From the IMG/VR virus record IMGVR_UViG_3300021399_000001, positions 69,905-133,904 of that record: a DNA stretch of 64,000 nucleotides; one strand, 5' to 3'. Position numbers and translations under genes: made by a program. Positions 28,373 to 36,358 of the stretch are shown here, one piece after another (within the stretch, counting starts at the first letter, position 1; every line of letters begins with the position of its first letter). The stretch is from a virus (Duplodnaviria > Heunggongvirae > Uroviricota > Caudoviricetes). The notes below the pieces were generated by a model. The model was not told the DNA's origin, ran no database searches, and saw only the letters and a list, made by a program, of their open reading frames with translations.

Positions 28373-28443
28373 TGGTTGGTAGTTTAACGGTAAAACTCCT
28401 GGTTGTGGCCCTGGTAATGCAGGTTCGACTCCTGTCCTTCCAT
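28373..28443 (+). tRNA. tRNA-His-like (anticodon GTG) with tandem U-U mismatches in the acceptor stem
   Basis: Perfect standard 7/2/4/7/4/1/5/7/5/4/5/7/5/7 geometry. Anticodon loop TTGTGGC. G at position -1. Acceptor 5' TGGTTGG versus 3' CCTTCCA gives two U-U pairs. CCA encoded. Confidence 0.45.
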
Positions 28444-28447
28444 CCAT

Positions 28448-28522
28448 ATCCCACTGGCGGAATTGGCATACGCGCTAATCTAAGGAGTTAGTTTTTTCCG
28501 AGTTCGAATCTCGGGTGGGATA
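28448..28522 (+). tRNA. tRNA with atypical anticodon loop (CTAAGGA, apparent anticodon AAG)
   Basis: Perfect acceptor ATCCCAC/GTGGGAT, T-arm CCGAG-TTCGAAT-CTCGG, CCA encoded. The anticodon assignment is uncertain. Confidence 0.45.
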
Positions 28523-28526
28523 CCAT

Positions 28527-28555
28527 TTGACTTTTTACATAAATTCTGATATAAT
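28527..28555 (+). promoter_or_regulatory. consensus promoter copy 2
   Basis: TTGACT, 17-nt spacer, TGATATAAT. Drives the noncoding leader and tRNA-Val cluster. Confidence 0.65.
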
Positions 28556-28779
28556 ATTTATAGAAAGGACGGAATCCACCCGATATGGCTGTGGCTACAA
28601 GGTGCGGAAGGGTGGCGGTAGTATTACGCCTCAACTGGAGAAACGATATACCAATTGAGGATGAAATAAAGCATAATAACGCAAGAGAGTAATACATGAC
28701 GTGAGTACTTACTGATAAAGAATGTAGCCGTGCTTCTGGCGGCGCGTTACCGACATACTTATATGGACGCCAGATTTAT
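28556..28779 (+). ncRNA. promoter-driven noncoding leader / candidate small RNA upstream of tRNA-Val
   Basis: Lies directly downstream of consensus promoter copy 2 (-10 at 28550-28555). No RBS-supported ORF. GC-enriched, with hairpins such as CCTCAACTGG...CCAATTGAGG. Confidence 0.3.
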
Positions 28780-28852
28780 GCGAGGTTAGCTCAGCTGGGA
28801 GAGCATTTGCCTTACAAGCAAAGGGTCAGCGGTTCAAGTCCGTCACTTCGCA
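28780..28852 (+). tRNA. tRNA-Val (anticodon TAC)
   Basis: GCGAGGT...ACTTCGC acceptor, D-arm GCTC-AGCTGGGAGA-GAGC, anticodon stem TTTGC/GCAAA with loop CTTACAA, CCA encoded. Confidence 0.7.
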
Positions 28853-28896
28853 CCAAGACCCATACAGCAATTTACAAGCTGGACTGAAAATCCCGA

Positions 28897-28966
28897 AAGA
28901 TTGTGGGTTCGACTCCCACTCCGCTCCACCATCTATGGGGCGGTGGCGCAGCGGCAGACGCACGTG
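28897..28966 (+). other. permuted tRNA-like halves: 3' half (T-arm + acceptor + ACCA) then a 5-nt linker then 5' half (GGGGCGG + D-arm)
   Basis: GTGGG-TTCGACT-CCCAC then CCGCTCC-A-CCA at 28903-28931. tctat linker. GGGGCGG-TG-GCGC AGCGGCAGA CGC at 28937 onward. The two acceptor strands are complementary to each other (6 Watson-Crick pairs plus 1 G-U). Confidence 0.4.
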
Positions 28967-28988
28967 AAAGAAAATGGGTCTAGATTAT

Positions 28989-29063
28989 GGCTTGATAACT
29001 TATGCGGTCTGTAGTGCTGGTCTGAAAAACCAGAGGGTGATGGTTCGACTCCATCTCAAGCCA
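28989..29063 (+). tRNA. tRNA-Phe (anticodon GAA)
   Basis: Acceptor GGCTTGA/TCAAGCC, anticodon stem CTGGT/ACCAG with loop CTGAAAA, T-arm GATGG-TTCGACT-CCATC, CCA encoded. Confidence 0.7.
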
Positions 29064-29140
29064 CCATGAGGACGTTACTTGATTGGATATGCCAAACCGT
29101 TGCTTACGTCCAAGTAAAAAAATAAGAAGGAACGGTGTAT

Positions 29141-29212
29141 GGGAGACTGGCGTAATGGTAGCGTAGCAGATTCTTAATCTGTCTGGTCAGGGTTCAAATC
29201 CCTGGTTTCCTA
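29141..29212 (+). tRNA. tRNA-Lys (anticodon CTT)
   Basis: T-arm CAGGG-TTCAAAT-CCCTG, anticodon loop TTCTTAA, acceptor GGGAGAC/GTTTCCT (with G-U pairs), CCA encoded. Confidence 0.55.
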
Positions 29213-29392
29213 CCAATAAGGTTCCTATTACCTATAAAATAGGTAGGCACAAACAGCAATTTTCTTATATAAGTATTGGATGATATATAGAAAATTGAGC
29301 TGCCAAATACTAAAGGCCGTCGTTATTAAGCAAAACGAGTGCCTAGAAAAAAAGTTGATACTTAATCAAGCTTTTAGTATTTGGTATTATTT

Positions 29393-29464
29393 ATCGGTAT
29401 AGTTCAACGGATAGAACATGACACTTCTAATGTCATTATCTGGGTTCAATTCCTAGTACCGATG
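29393..29464 (+). tRNA. tRNA-Arg (anticodon TCT)
   Basis: Acceptor ATCGGTA/TACCGAT, D-arm GTTC-AACGGATA-GAAC, anticodon stem TGACA/TGTCA with loop CTTCTAA, CCA encoded. Confidence 0.65.
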
Positions 29465-29472
29465 CCACTTAT

Positions 29473-29545
29473 GGGCTTATAGTTCATCTGGTAGAACGCA
29501 TCCCTTGCAAGGATGAGGTGCCCGGTTCGAGTCCGGGTAGGTCCA
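29473..29545 (+). tRNA. tRNA-Ala (anticodon TGC)
   Basis: GGGCTTA acceptor, anticodon stem CATCC/GGATG with loop CTTGCAA, T-arm CCCGG-TTCGAGT-CCGGG, CCA encoded. Confidence 0.7.
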
Positions 29546-29549
29546 CCAT

Positions 29550-29623
29550 GTTCCACTAGCACAATTGGCTAATGCATCTGACTCTTAATCAGGGGAGTCT
29601 GGGTTCGAATCCCAGGTGGAGCA
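29550..29623 (+). tRNA. tRNA-Lys (anticodon CTT), second copy
   Basis: Acceptor GTTCCAC/GTGGAGC, anticodon loop CTCTTAA, T-arm CTGGG-TTCGAAT-CCCAG, CCA encoded. Confidence 0.5.
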
Positions 29624-29731
29624 CCAGATGGCGCGAAAGCACGGCGCCAAACCCAAAGCAGCGTCATGAACTGTACAGTGTCTTGTGTGTTTCCTATTTC
29701 CACAAGTAAAGCTAACAAAAATAGGTCGCGA

Positions 29732-29803
29732 GCTCCCATAGGCTAATGGATAGACCATTGCGCTACGGACGCAACAGTGAAGGTTCGAATCCTTCTGGGA
29801 GTG
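29732..29803 (+). tRNA. tRNA-Arg (anticodon ACG)
   Basis: Acceptor GCTCCCA/TGGGAGT, anticodon stem TTGCG/CGCAA with loop CTACGGA, T-arm GAAGG-TTCGAAT-CCTTC, CCA encoded. Confidence 0.65.
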
Positions 29804-29810
29804 CCATTTT

Positions 29811-29921
29811 GGGGAGGTATCCAAGTAGTCAAAGGAGCCAGCCGGTGAGTCTGGTGCTTATACCGGTATGCTAGCTATGACCAATAAGCTTCGCAGGTGC
29901 AAATCCTGTCCCTCCCCACCA
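29811..29921 (+). ncRNA. atypical ~108-nt tRNA-like gene (GGGGAGG...CCTCCCC-A-CCA) with TGCAAAT T-loop
   Basis: Terminal strands form an acceptor-like stem, and CCA is encoded. T-arm GCAGG-TGCAAAT-CCTGT. The interior is ~30 nt longer than any class II tRNA. No canonical 7-nt anticodon loop found (U33 is missing). Confidence 0.4.
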
Positions 29922-29926
29922 TTTAT

Positions 29927-30010
29927 GCGTCAGTATGCCTAGTAGCGAGGGCCCCGCGCTGTAAACGCGGCACGTCAGAAACACCGGTGGTGCAAATCCA
30001 TCCTGGCGCA
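29927..30010 (+). tRNA. tRNA-Tyr (anticodon GTA), class II, T-loop TGCAAAT
   Basis: Acceptor GCGTCAG/CTGGCGC, anticodon stem CCGCG/CGCGG with loop CTGTAAA, 15-nt variable arm, CCA encoded. Confidence 0.65.
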
Positions 30011-30085
30011 CCACAGCTAGACACGCACAGCAATCTTTTCTACTATTAGCGCCATTCATGCTGAAATTAGAATGTGTCTAGATTT

Positions 30086-30156
30086 AGGAGACTGGTGTAA
30101 CGGTAGCATATCCGGCTCCAACCCGGCTGGTTAGGGTTCAAATCCTTAGTCTCCTG
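30086..30156 (+). tRNA. tRNA-Trp (anticodon CCA)
   Basis: Acceptor AGGAGAC/GTCTCCT, anticodon loop CTCCAAC, T-arm TAGGG-TTCAAAT-CCTTA, CCA encoded. Confidence 0.6.
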
Positions 30157-30160
30157 CCAT

Positions 30161-30231
30161 GCCGCATTAGTTCAACGGCAGAACAGTACTTTCGTAAAGT
30201 ACATATATTTGTTCAATTCAAATATGCGGCT
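30161..30231 (+). tRNA. tRNA-Thr (anticodon CGT)
   Basis: Acceptor GCCGCAT/ATGCGGC (perfect), anticodon stem GTACT/AGTAC with loop TTCGTAA, T-arm ATTTG-TTCAATT-CAAAT. No encoded CCA. Confidence 0.6.
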
Positions 30232-30236
30232 TATAA

Positions 30237-30311
30237 CGTTCTGTAACTCAGTTGGTATAGAGTGCCATCCTGATAAGATGGAAGTCGCTGGTTCAAATCC
30301 AGCCAGAACGA
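30237..30311 (+). tRNA. tRNA-Ile (anticodon GAT)
   Basis: Acceptor CGTTCTG/CAGAACG, anticodon stem CCATC/GATGG with loop CTGATAA, T-arm GCTGG-TTCAAAT-CCAGC, CCA encoded. Confidence 0.65.
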
Positions 30312-30314
30312 CCA

Positions 30315-30735
30315 ATAAGGTTCATCCTAGAATACCTCCTTGTCGCGAAAGGGAAAAGGGTCTGCTTCAGCTAATAATATGAGAACAGCAGAGCTTGTAT
30401 TATGTATTTGCAGTATGTAAATGCCGGGAGTTCTCTTGCCCCGTAAGGTAGTCCGGAATACGCACAAGATTCGCTCGGTAACTGGATATATCGTAACTAG
30501 TAACTATCCAGGAAGTAGCTGTCCTTTGATTTTTGATAGCCGAAACTGCACGCGCGTGAAGTCGTGTGAGGTGCCCGATGGGCGTGCCAACCAATAGTAA
30601 CAAGAGGCACAATGGAGTATACACAACGCGAGTGTTAACTCCCATTCATTTATACGTCACTCGTGGCAAGTAAGATGATAGAACTGATGGATTGAGGCCC
30701 AAAGGTATTGATTCCTAACTTGCTGCGAGATTTAT
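30315..30735 (+). ncRNA. GC-enriched structured noncoding block (unclassified candidate ncRNA)
   Basis: ~420 nt with no RBS-supported ORF. GC well above the local average. Many local hairpins, for example GCCGGGAG...TCCGG. Confidence 0.3.
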
Positions 30736-30809
30736 CGGGAACTAGCTCAGTAGGTCAGAGCGGCGGCCTTATAAGCCGTGTGTCCTGGGTTCGAGTCCCA
30801 GGTTCCCGA
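30736..30809 (+). tRNA. tRNA with anticodon TAT (Ile-AUA-reading type?)
   Basis: Acceptor CGGGAAC/GTTCCCG, D-arm GCTC-AGTAGGTCA-GAGC, anticodon stem GCGGC/GCCGT with loop CTTATAA, T-arm CTGGG-TTCGAGT-CCCAG, CCA encoded. Confidence 0.55.
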
Positions 30810-30826
30810 CCAATATGGGGTCGTAG

Positions 30827-30891
30827 TGTAAAGAACACGCTCGGAAAGCAAGGGCCGAGAAAACAAAGGGCAGTACCGAGAGGCTCCACCA
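30827..30891 (+). other. degenerate tRNA-like element ending in CCA
   Basis: Has a D-arm GTGT-AAAGA-ACAC and a CTCGG...CCGAG stem but no canonical T-loop. Ends GGCTCC-A-CCA just upstream of the RBS of the 30908 gene. Confidence 0.25.
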
Positions 30892-30907
30892 ATATAAGGA
30901 AGATATA

Positions 30908-31066
30908 ATGAATAAGTATAAATTTGGTCGTATTACTTTTGGCACTATCCTTACAGTAGTGATGTTTAGTATTGGTTTTGACATCAGAACTTGGCAGTTT
31001 TGGGTGATTTATGGTTGTGCGTGGATGATGTCTTTTATGACTTTTTTGGAGGATTTTAACGGATGA
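30908..31066 (+). CDS. small hydrophobic membrane protein (52 aa)
   Basis: Not in the ORF track. ATG after AAGGAAG. Translation MNKYKFGRITFGTILTVVMFSIGFDIRTWQFWVIYGCAWMMSFMTF... Confidence 0.45.
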   Translation: MNKYKFGRITFGTILTVVMFSIGFDIRTWQFWVIYGCAWMMSFMTFLEDFNG

Positions 31067-31209
31067 TGAAATTCTTTTACGCTTTTATAGCAGCCTTTAA
31101 TTTATTTTGCTTTTATACTTTTCAAGATAATGCTATATGGGTACGTGGTCTTAGTCTTTCATGTTGTCTTTTAATGTGCCTATGTACAATAATTGAAGTG
31201 AATAGATAA
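31063..31209 (+). CDS. small hydrophobic membrane protein (48 aa)
   Basis: ATGA overlap with the previous ORF. Translation MMKFFYAFIAAFNLFCFYTF...CCLLMCLCTIIEVNR. Confidence 0.4.
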   Translation: MMKFFYAFIAAFNLFCFYTFQDNAIWVRGLSLSCCLLMCLCTIIEVNR

Positions 31210-31307
31210 TGCGTCCTTACCGAATCAGCAAACGGCGTGGTCTGCAAAACCATTGATAAGCGGGGCAGCACCGCTAGGACGCTCCAAAAAAAAGAAGAAG
31301 GAGTTTT

Positions 31308-31514
31308 ATGGCAATAAAAATTATTAAACATGGTCAACTGATATTAAGAGCGACTTGTCCTCGTTGTGATTGTATTTTTGAATTTATGCCATCTGATATG
31401 GATATTAAAGGGCCTTTATATGCGCCAATTGAATTTATAAATTGTCCAGAATGTGGCAATGAAATCACTTGGTGGTATGAAGATAAATCAGGACGCAAAT
31501 ATGAGTATATGTAA
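31308..31514 (+). CDS. small zinc-ribbon protein (CxxC...CxxC)
   Basis: RBS GAAGGAG. IKIIKHGQ..TCPRCDC...CPECGNEI is paralogous to the 43028 ORF. Confidence 0.55.
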   Translation: MAIKIIKHGQLILRATCPRCDCIFEFMPSDMDIKGPLYAPIEFINCPECGNEITWWYEDKSGRKYEYM

Positions 31515-31525
31515 AGGAGAAAAGT

Positions 31526-32500
31526 ATGTTTGATCTAATTTTAGCTGTTGTTGTTATTATTGCAGGTTTTGGCGTGGCAAGTGTAGTGTTCCCAGACGTA
31601 ACGAAGCGTAATGGTGACACGAAAAGTAGGAGTTCGATTCGCACAGTTATTCGTGCTGCTGCTTTCGTTATTGCCGTAGGGTTGATTATTCTTTCTTGTA
31701 TTTCTTATGTGCCAACTGGTTATACTGGTATTGTGACAACTTTTGGTAAGGTACATGAACACACACTTGATGCAGGCATTAATTTTCATGCGCCTTGGGA
31801 TAATGTAATTACTATGGATAATCGTGAACAACGTGCATCTTTCCAGTTGGAAGCATTTTCAAAGGATATTCAGCAAGTAGATATTCAAGGTTCTATCAAC
31901 TATAATATTGATAAGCTAACCGCTATGAATCTATACAAGGACGTAGGCACCGGATATGTCAATATTCTAATTGGTCCTCGTATTCAGGAAGATGTAAAGA
32001 TTGTTATTGCTCGTTATACCGCTGAAAATCTAATTGCTAGTCGTCAAGAGGCAGCTAATGCTATTGAGACTCTTATTCGTGATGAATTAACTTCAAAGGG
32101 TATTAATGTAATTTCTCTTGCGGTGGAAAATATTGATTTTACTGATGCTTTTGAATCTGCTGTTGAGGCAAAGCAGGTTGCTACGCAAGAAAAGCAGCGT
32201 GCTCAGACCCAGCAAGAGCAGGCAACTATGGAAGCAGAACAAGCCGCAAAGCGTAAGAGAATTGAAGCAGAAGCCGCGGCAGAGGTAGCAAAGGTGCAAG
32301 CAGACGCAGACGCATATTCTACACAGGTGAAGGCTGCCGCAGAAGCAGAAGCTAATGAAAAGATTAATAAGTCTCTAACTGAAGAACTTGTAAATTATCG
32401 TCAAATTCAGCGTTGGAATGGAGAACTTCCTCAATTTGTTGGCGGCGGCTCCACTATTCCAATCCTTAATATGGGCGAAACTACCGAAACTACGGATTAA
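31526..32500 (+). CDS. SPFH / band-7 (HflC/prohibitin-like) membrane protein
   Basis: RBS AAAGGAGAAAAG. N-terminal TM helix followed by YVPTGYTGIVTTFGKV and a typical SPFH core. Long AEAEA coiled-coil tail. Confidence 0.7.
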   Translation: MFDLILAVVVIIAGFGVASVVFPDVTKRNGDTKSRSSIRTVIRAAAFVIAVGLIILSCISYVPTGYTGIVTTFGKVHEHTLDAGINFHAPWDNVITMDNREQRASFQLEAFSKDIQQVDIQGSINYNIDKLTAMNLYKDVGTGYVNILIGPRIQEDVKIVIARYTAENLIASRQEAANAIETLIRDELTSKGINVISLAVENIDFTDAFESAVEAKQVATQEKQRAQTQQEQATMEAEQAAKRKRIEAEAAAEVAKVQADADAYSTQVKAAAEAEANEKINKSLTEELVNYRQIQRWNGELPQFVGGGSTIPILNMGETTETTD

Positions 32501-32513
32501 TATAAATACTTAT

Positions 32514-32541
32514 AACGCACGGGAAACCGTGCGTTTTTTCT
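32514..32541 (+). terminator. rho-independent terminator
   Basis: AACGCACGG-gaaa-CCGTGCGTT stem followed by TTTTTCT. Overlaps the -35 of the next promoter. Confidence 0.7.
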
Positions 32542-32542
32542 A

Positions 32543-32571
32543 TTTGACTTTGAATAGAAATTATAGTATAA
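32543..32571 (+). promoter_or_regulatory. consensus promoter copy 3
   Basis: TTGACT, 17-nt spacer, TATAAT. Conserved leader TTATTTTAGAAAGAGAAAAGGAG. Confidence 0.65.
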
Positions 32572-32604
32572 TTATTTTAGAAAGAGAAAAGGAGAGCAAA
32601 ATAT

Positions 32605-32787
32605 ATGTCTATTGTTTACACTTTGATTAGCCCTTTGAAGAACTCTGTTGAAACTCGCGTAAAAATTACTAATTTTGAGGAACGAGAACATGGTATTTAT
32701 TTCATTTGGGAAGGTAGCCAATGTTTTGTAAACTGGAATGTATTGGGCACCTATACTCTTGTGGAGGAAGATAAACATGACACTTGA
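32605..32787 (+). CDS. hypothetical protein
   Basis: RBS AAGGAGAGC; 60 aa. Confidence 0.5.
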   Translation: MSIVYTLISPLKNSVETRVKITNFEEREHGIYFIWEGSQCFVNWNVLGTYTLVEEDKHDT

Positions 32788-33238
32788 CGAATGTAGAGTG
32801 GAAACTCAAAAGCACATAGAAAAAGTGCGTAAGTATATCCGCTTTTTTACCGATAGATTAACTACTCGTGGTGTAGAACATGATGCCGCAAAACTTGAAT
32901 CTCCAGAGGTTGAATTATTTGCTGAGCATACTGAACAACTTGCCACATTAGAATATGGATCACAAGAATATAAGCAAGCATTAGAAGCTCTAAAGCCAGC
33001 TTTAGAGCATCATTATGCTACTTATCGTCATCATCCAGAACATTTTCCTAATGGTATTAATGATATGAATTTGATTGATTTAGTGGAATTAATGGCTGAC
33101 TGGAAAGCTTCTAGTGAGCGTCATAATAATGGAAATCTTTTAAAAAGCATAGAAATTAATGCCAAACGATTTGGTATTAGTAATCAATTAACACAGATAT
33201 TGCTTAATACAGCAAAGATTATGGAAGAACATGAATAA
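32777..33238 (+). CDS. hypothetical protein (His-rich HHY..YRHHPEHF)
   Basis: ATG-32777 after GGAGGAAG (ORF track 32738). Confidence 0.5.
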   Translation: MTLDECRVETQKHIEKVRKYIRFFTDRLTTRGVEHDAAKLESPEVELFAEHTEQLATLEYGSQEYKQALEALKPALEHHYATYRHHPEHFPNGINDMNLIDLVELMADWKASSERHNNGNLLKSIEINAKRFGISNQLTQILLNTAKIMEEHE

Positions 33239-33372
33239 TAAACAACAATTAACTCATGATTTTATAAAATTCGTAATGGAAAATTATGGAATACGATTAA
33301 CTATGACTGAATCAGATGAAGAAACATTTGAAACTTTTTTCCCTGATTTAGTTGAAATATTGGAGAAAGAAA

Positions 33373-33483
33373 ATGATACAAATTAATTTATTTGGATTTT
33401 TATTAATTGGCGCGACAGGATATATATTTGGATGGTTCGCGCGAAAAGTATACGAAAGGAGAAATATAAATGATAACACATAA
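33373..33483 (+). CDS. small membrane peptide (36 aa)
   Basis: Not in the ORF track. GGAGAAAG RBS. Translation MIQINLFGFLLIGATGYIFGWFARKVYERRN... Confidence 0.35.
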   Translation: MIQINLFGFLLIGATGYIFGWFARKVYERRNINDNT

Positions 33484-34018
33484 TGATGGTACTATTAAAA
33501 TTGAAATGCCCGATTTACATATACCAGAATCAGAAGTGGATAATGTTGTTCGCAATTTTCTTCATTCACGTGATGTAAAGGCGATTGAAACTAAGATTGA
33601 AGATTTAAAGCAAACGCTTTTATCATTGGAAAATAATAATAATCGTCTTCAAAAGCGTTTCAATGAAATTTATGAAGAAAAATGGAAAGACAATGAACTA
33701 ATGGAAATGAAGCTAAAGATGGAGCGCGCAATTCGTGAGAGAAGCTATGGCTTCCCGCTAACCGAAGAAGAACGGAATCGTTCCTATGACTGGCAGCGCA
33801 AGCACGATTCAGAAGTTCATTCTAATCCAGAAGGCTATCATGGTGCTTCTGGCGGCGGTTTCTCATACACTTTTTATCCTACTGGACTAGGCACTACTTG
33901 TAATTGTTTTTGTAATCAATGTAAGGCAAAGGCCATTCGTGAAGCGGGCGAAAAATGGTATGATAGATGCAAGGAGCTTGGTGGCGTTTGTGAAGTTGTT
34001 GGATGGGAGGCTTTCTAA
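33470..34018 (+). CDS. hypothetical protein (coiled coil + Cys-rich C-terminus)
   Basis: RBS AAAGGAGAAATATAA; 182 aa. Confidence 0.5.
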   Translation: MITHNDGTIKIEMPDLHIPESEVDNVVRNFLHSRDVKAIETKIEDLKQTLLSLENNNNRLQKRFNEIYEEKWKDNELMEMKLKMERAIRERSYGFPLTEEERNRSYDWQRKHDSEVHSNPEGYHGASGGGFSYTFYPTGLGTTCNCFCNQCKAKAIREAGEKWYDRCKELGGVCEVVGWEAF

Positions 34019-34021
34019 CTT

Positions 34022-34411
34022 ATGATACACTCTTATGAAACATTAAAGAAAAATACTGTAGTCGGTTATAAATTAAATGATGATAAGTATTATAAGCGCG
34101 GCAGAGCATTGGCTGCAACTTTAACTGATAAAGGTATAAATGTAAGCGTTGAAGATATAGATACACATTATATGTATACTGTACCATATAATGAACTAAT
34201 ATTTCTAAAACCATTAAATGATTTAGACCGTGAATGTATCATGCCCATCGAAGAGTTTATAGAATTAGTTGAAACTGGATTCATAACTGATTATGATGGT
34301 AGTGGTAATTATAGCGATGGAGAATATCGTTATGGTTATGTAGATTTTTATCCTAGTTTTCTTAAAAATGCAGCTAAAAAATATAAGTATGTGTGTTGGT
34401 ATAACAAATGA
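34022..34411 (+). CDS. hypothetical protein
   Basis: 129-aa ORF in an operon-like run of genes. Confidence 0.45.
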   Translation: MIHSYETLKKNTVVGYKLNDDKYYKRGRALAATLTDKGINVSVEDIDTHYMYTVPYNELIFLKPLNDLDRECIMPIEEFIELVETGFITDYDGSGNYSDGEYRYGYVDFYPSFLKNAAKKYKYVCWYNK

Positions 34412-34602
34412 AATTTATTTATGATGATAATTTGTATGATGCAATGAAAGACGTATATGATTATGCTTATCGTGTTTTCTTTGGAAAGGCTCCAATAGAT
34501 GTTATATATCGTATGAATTATGGCAACAAGGGAGCAGAGCAAAAAGTTTTACAGTATATTTGGGACACCTATATTGAACCGAAAGGAGAAAATAATGAGT
34601 AA
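34408..34602 (+). CDS. hypothetical protein
   Basis: 64-aa ORF; ATGA overlap with the upstream gene. Confidence 0.4.
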   Translation: MKFIYDDNLYDAMKDVYDYAYRVFFGKAPIDVIYRMNYGNKGAEQKVLQYIWDTYIEPKGENNE

Positions 34603-35185
34603 TATTTACTTTACAAGCGACACTCATTTTTCACATAATCGCGGCTTTCTTTATGAGCCACGCGGTTTTTCATCTATTGAAGAACATGATGAGACTATTA
34701 TAGAAAATTGGAATAAAGTAGTAAAACCAGAAGATATTGTTTTTCTTCTTGGTGATACTATGTTAAATAATAATGATAAAGGAATTGAATGTCTTAATAA
34801 GTTAAACGGCTCTATTTGGTTTATTCGCGGCAACCATGATTCAGGAGAGCGCATTTATCGTATTTATCATGAGTGTCCACATATTCATTTTTTAGAGGGC
34901 GGTTCTGAAAATTTTGCTACAATTGCTACAATTAAGAAATTTAATGGCTATAATGTATACTTATCACATTATCCAACTTACACCAGTTATATTGAAAATA
35001 TGGCGCCATTAAAGAAACATATGCTGAATTTTCATGGACATACACATTCAAAAAATAAGTTTTATCAAGATATTCCATTCATGTATAATGTAGCACTTGA
35101 CGCGCATAATAACGCGCCAGTATCTTTTGATGAAATTATTTCAGATATTGAAGCAAAAGCAAACGAATGTATTGCTATGCTATAA
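34595..35185 (+). CDS. calcineurin-like metallophosphoesterase
   Basis: ATG-34595 after AAAGGAGAAAATAATG (ORF track 34520). Motifs SDTHFSH, LGDTM, RGNHD and HGHTH. Confidence 0.65.
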   Translation: MSNIYFTSDTHFSHNRGFLYEPRGFSSIEEHDETIIENWNKVVKPEDIVFLLGDTMLNNNDKGIECLNKLNGSIWFIRGNHDSGERIYRIYHECPHIHFLEGGSENFATIATIKKFNGYNVYLSHYPTYTSYIENMAPLKKHMLNFHGHTHSKNKFYQDIPFMYNVALDAHNNAPVSFDEIISDIEAKANECIAML

Positions 35186-35285
35186 AGAAATATATTTATG
35201 CTAGCAGCTATCTTTTTATTAACATTATTATTAATTTGGCTATGGTGCATAATACAAGATATAAATAATATATGAGAGGGGAAAC

Positions 35286-35495
35286 ATGGGACTACTCAAA
35301 CGAGGGCTTCGCGCAAAAACTAATCTAATAGATGATTATTTAGTAGATTTTACAACAGAAGAATTAAATGATATTTTAAAACAAGCGCCTCTCTTAATTA
35401 AAAATAAAGAAGAAAAATCAGAGATTATAAATTTAACTACCTCGCGCGAATTAAATCATTTAAAAAGACGAATGTGGAAATTCTATCATAAATAA
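35286..35495 (+). CDS. hypothetical protein
   Basis: RBS GAGAGGGGAAAC; 69 aa. Confidence 0.45.
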   Translation: MGLLKRGLRAKTNLIDDYLVDFTTEELNDILKQAPLLIKNKEEKSEIINLTTSRELNHLKRRMWKFYHK

Positions 35496-35524
35496 TTGAC
35501 TCTCTACTAAAATTATGATATAAT
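35496..35524 (+). promoter_or_regulatory. consensus promoter copy 4
   Basis: TTGACT, 17-nt spacer, TGATATAAT. Confidence 0.65.
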
Positions 35525-35659
35525 TATTATAATGAAAGGAGAGAAGATGAATGTGTTGGTTAGTGTTGATTGGTTTATTCAGCTTGATTCTCATTTTCTG
35601 TAAAATCTATGATAAAATTGAAGATTATATCTGGCAAAAAAGATGGAGGAATTCATAAC

Positions 35660-36070
35660 ATGAAATCATCAAAGAATTGGTTTATTTATGCTTATCCCGA
35701 AATGTACGGCGGACTTCATGGTATGTATGCCTATGAAGTAGCGAGCGGTATATCTTACGACGAAGCGTGCGATTGGGGCCATGAGCTTGCCTATGAAACT
35801 GTAGAATCTTATTTGCGCGCAGATGAAATTTATTCTACTGATGATTTTATGGACGAATTTTATGACGGCGCAGAATGGGATGACCGCTATGAGGATGAAT
35901 ATTGGGACGCCTATGAAGAAGTCATGCAGGAGCAATGCGCTTTTGAAGTTTGGCCTTTTAAGGATGGAGTAACTATTGCTGACTATGAAAAGTGGCAAAA
36001 GGAAAATATGGAGCCTCATGATTTCATTGAGCGCTATTGCCGCCAACTCACAGAGGAAGATTATGTGTAA
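35660..36070 (+). CDS. hypothetical acidic protein
   Basis: ATG-35660 after GGAGGAATTCATAAC (ORF track 35609). A 36-codon hydrophobic upstream ORF at 35550-35657 may also be translated. Confidence 0.5.
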   Translation: MKSSKNWFIYAYPEMYGGLHGMYAYEVASGISYDEACDWGHELAYETVESYLRADEIYSTDDFMDEFYDGAEWDDRYEDEYWDAYEEVMQEQCAFEVWPFKDGVTIADYEKWQKENMEPHDFIERYCRQLTEEDYV

Positions 36071-36269
36071 TTTAGAGTCTCAACTCAAACAAGCAACAGA
36101 TTGTATTGATTTACTTTTAAAAAGAATAGACGATTTAAATGATGATCTTTCTGAATCACAACAATTAAATCGTTATTATGAAGATAGAATAATGGAACTA
36201 GAACAAGAAAAATCTGCTCTTTATTTACAATTAGAAGAATGGGAAAATTCCTACTACAAACTTATTTGA
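36063..36269 (+). CDS. coiled-coil protein (68 aa)
   Basis: ATG-36063 after GAGGAAGATT (ORF track 35976). Confidence 0.45.
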   Translation: MCNLESQLKQATDCIDLLLKRIDDLNDDLSESQQLNRYYEDRIMELEQEKSALYLQLEEWENSYYKLI

Positions 36270-36294
36270 CTTTTTTCGTAAATTCTGTTATAAT
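36266..36294 (+). promoter_or_regulatory. consensus promoter copy 5 (upstream of the Ro60-like gene)
   Basis: TTGACT, 17-nt spacer, TGTTATAAT. Confidence 0.65.
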
Positions 36295-36358
36295 ATTATT
36301 GTAAGAAAGAAACGAGCCCTAGTCCAGGGCTGACCAAATGAAAAGGAGAAAATAAATT

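Noticed and set aside
29356-29392. Possible extra promoter (TTGATA...TATTTG) before tRNA-Arg(TCT)
   Set aside because: The -10 is weak and the spacing ambiguous. The site does not match the 20-copy consensus cassette.
28291-30059. Short ORFs overlapping the first tRNA array (28291-28491 +, 28488-28697 -, 29585-29824 -, 29871-30059 -) and later ones (30400-30645 -, 30708-30908 +, 30769-30984 -, 40392-40634 +, 42137-42343 -, 42344-42541 +, 42513-42830 -, 47617-47898 +, 47940-48251 -, 50356-50592 -, 50676-50873 -)
   Set aside because: They overlap confidently folded tRNAs or GC-rich structured RNA. They lack RBSs and many are on the minus strand, which carries no other gene.
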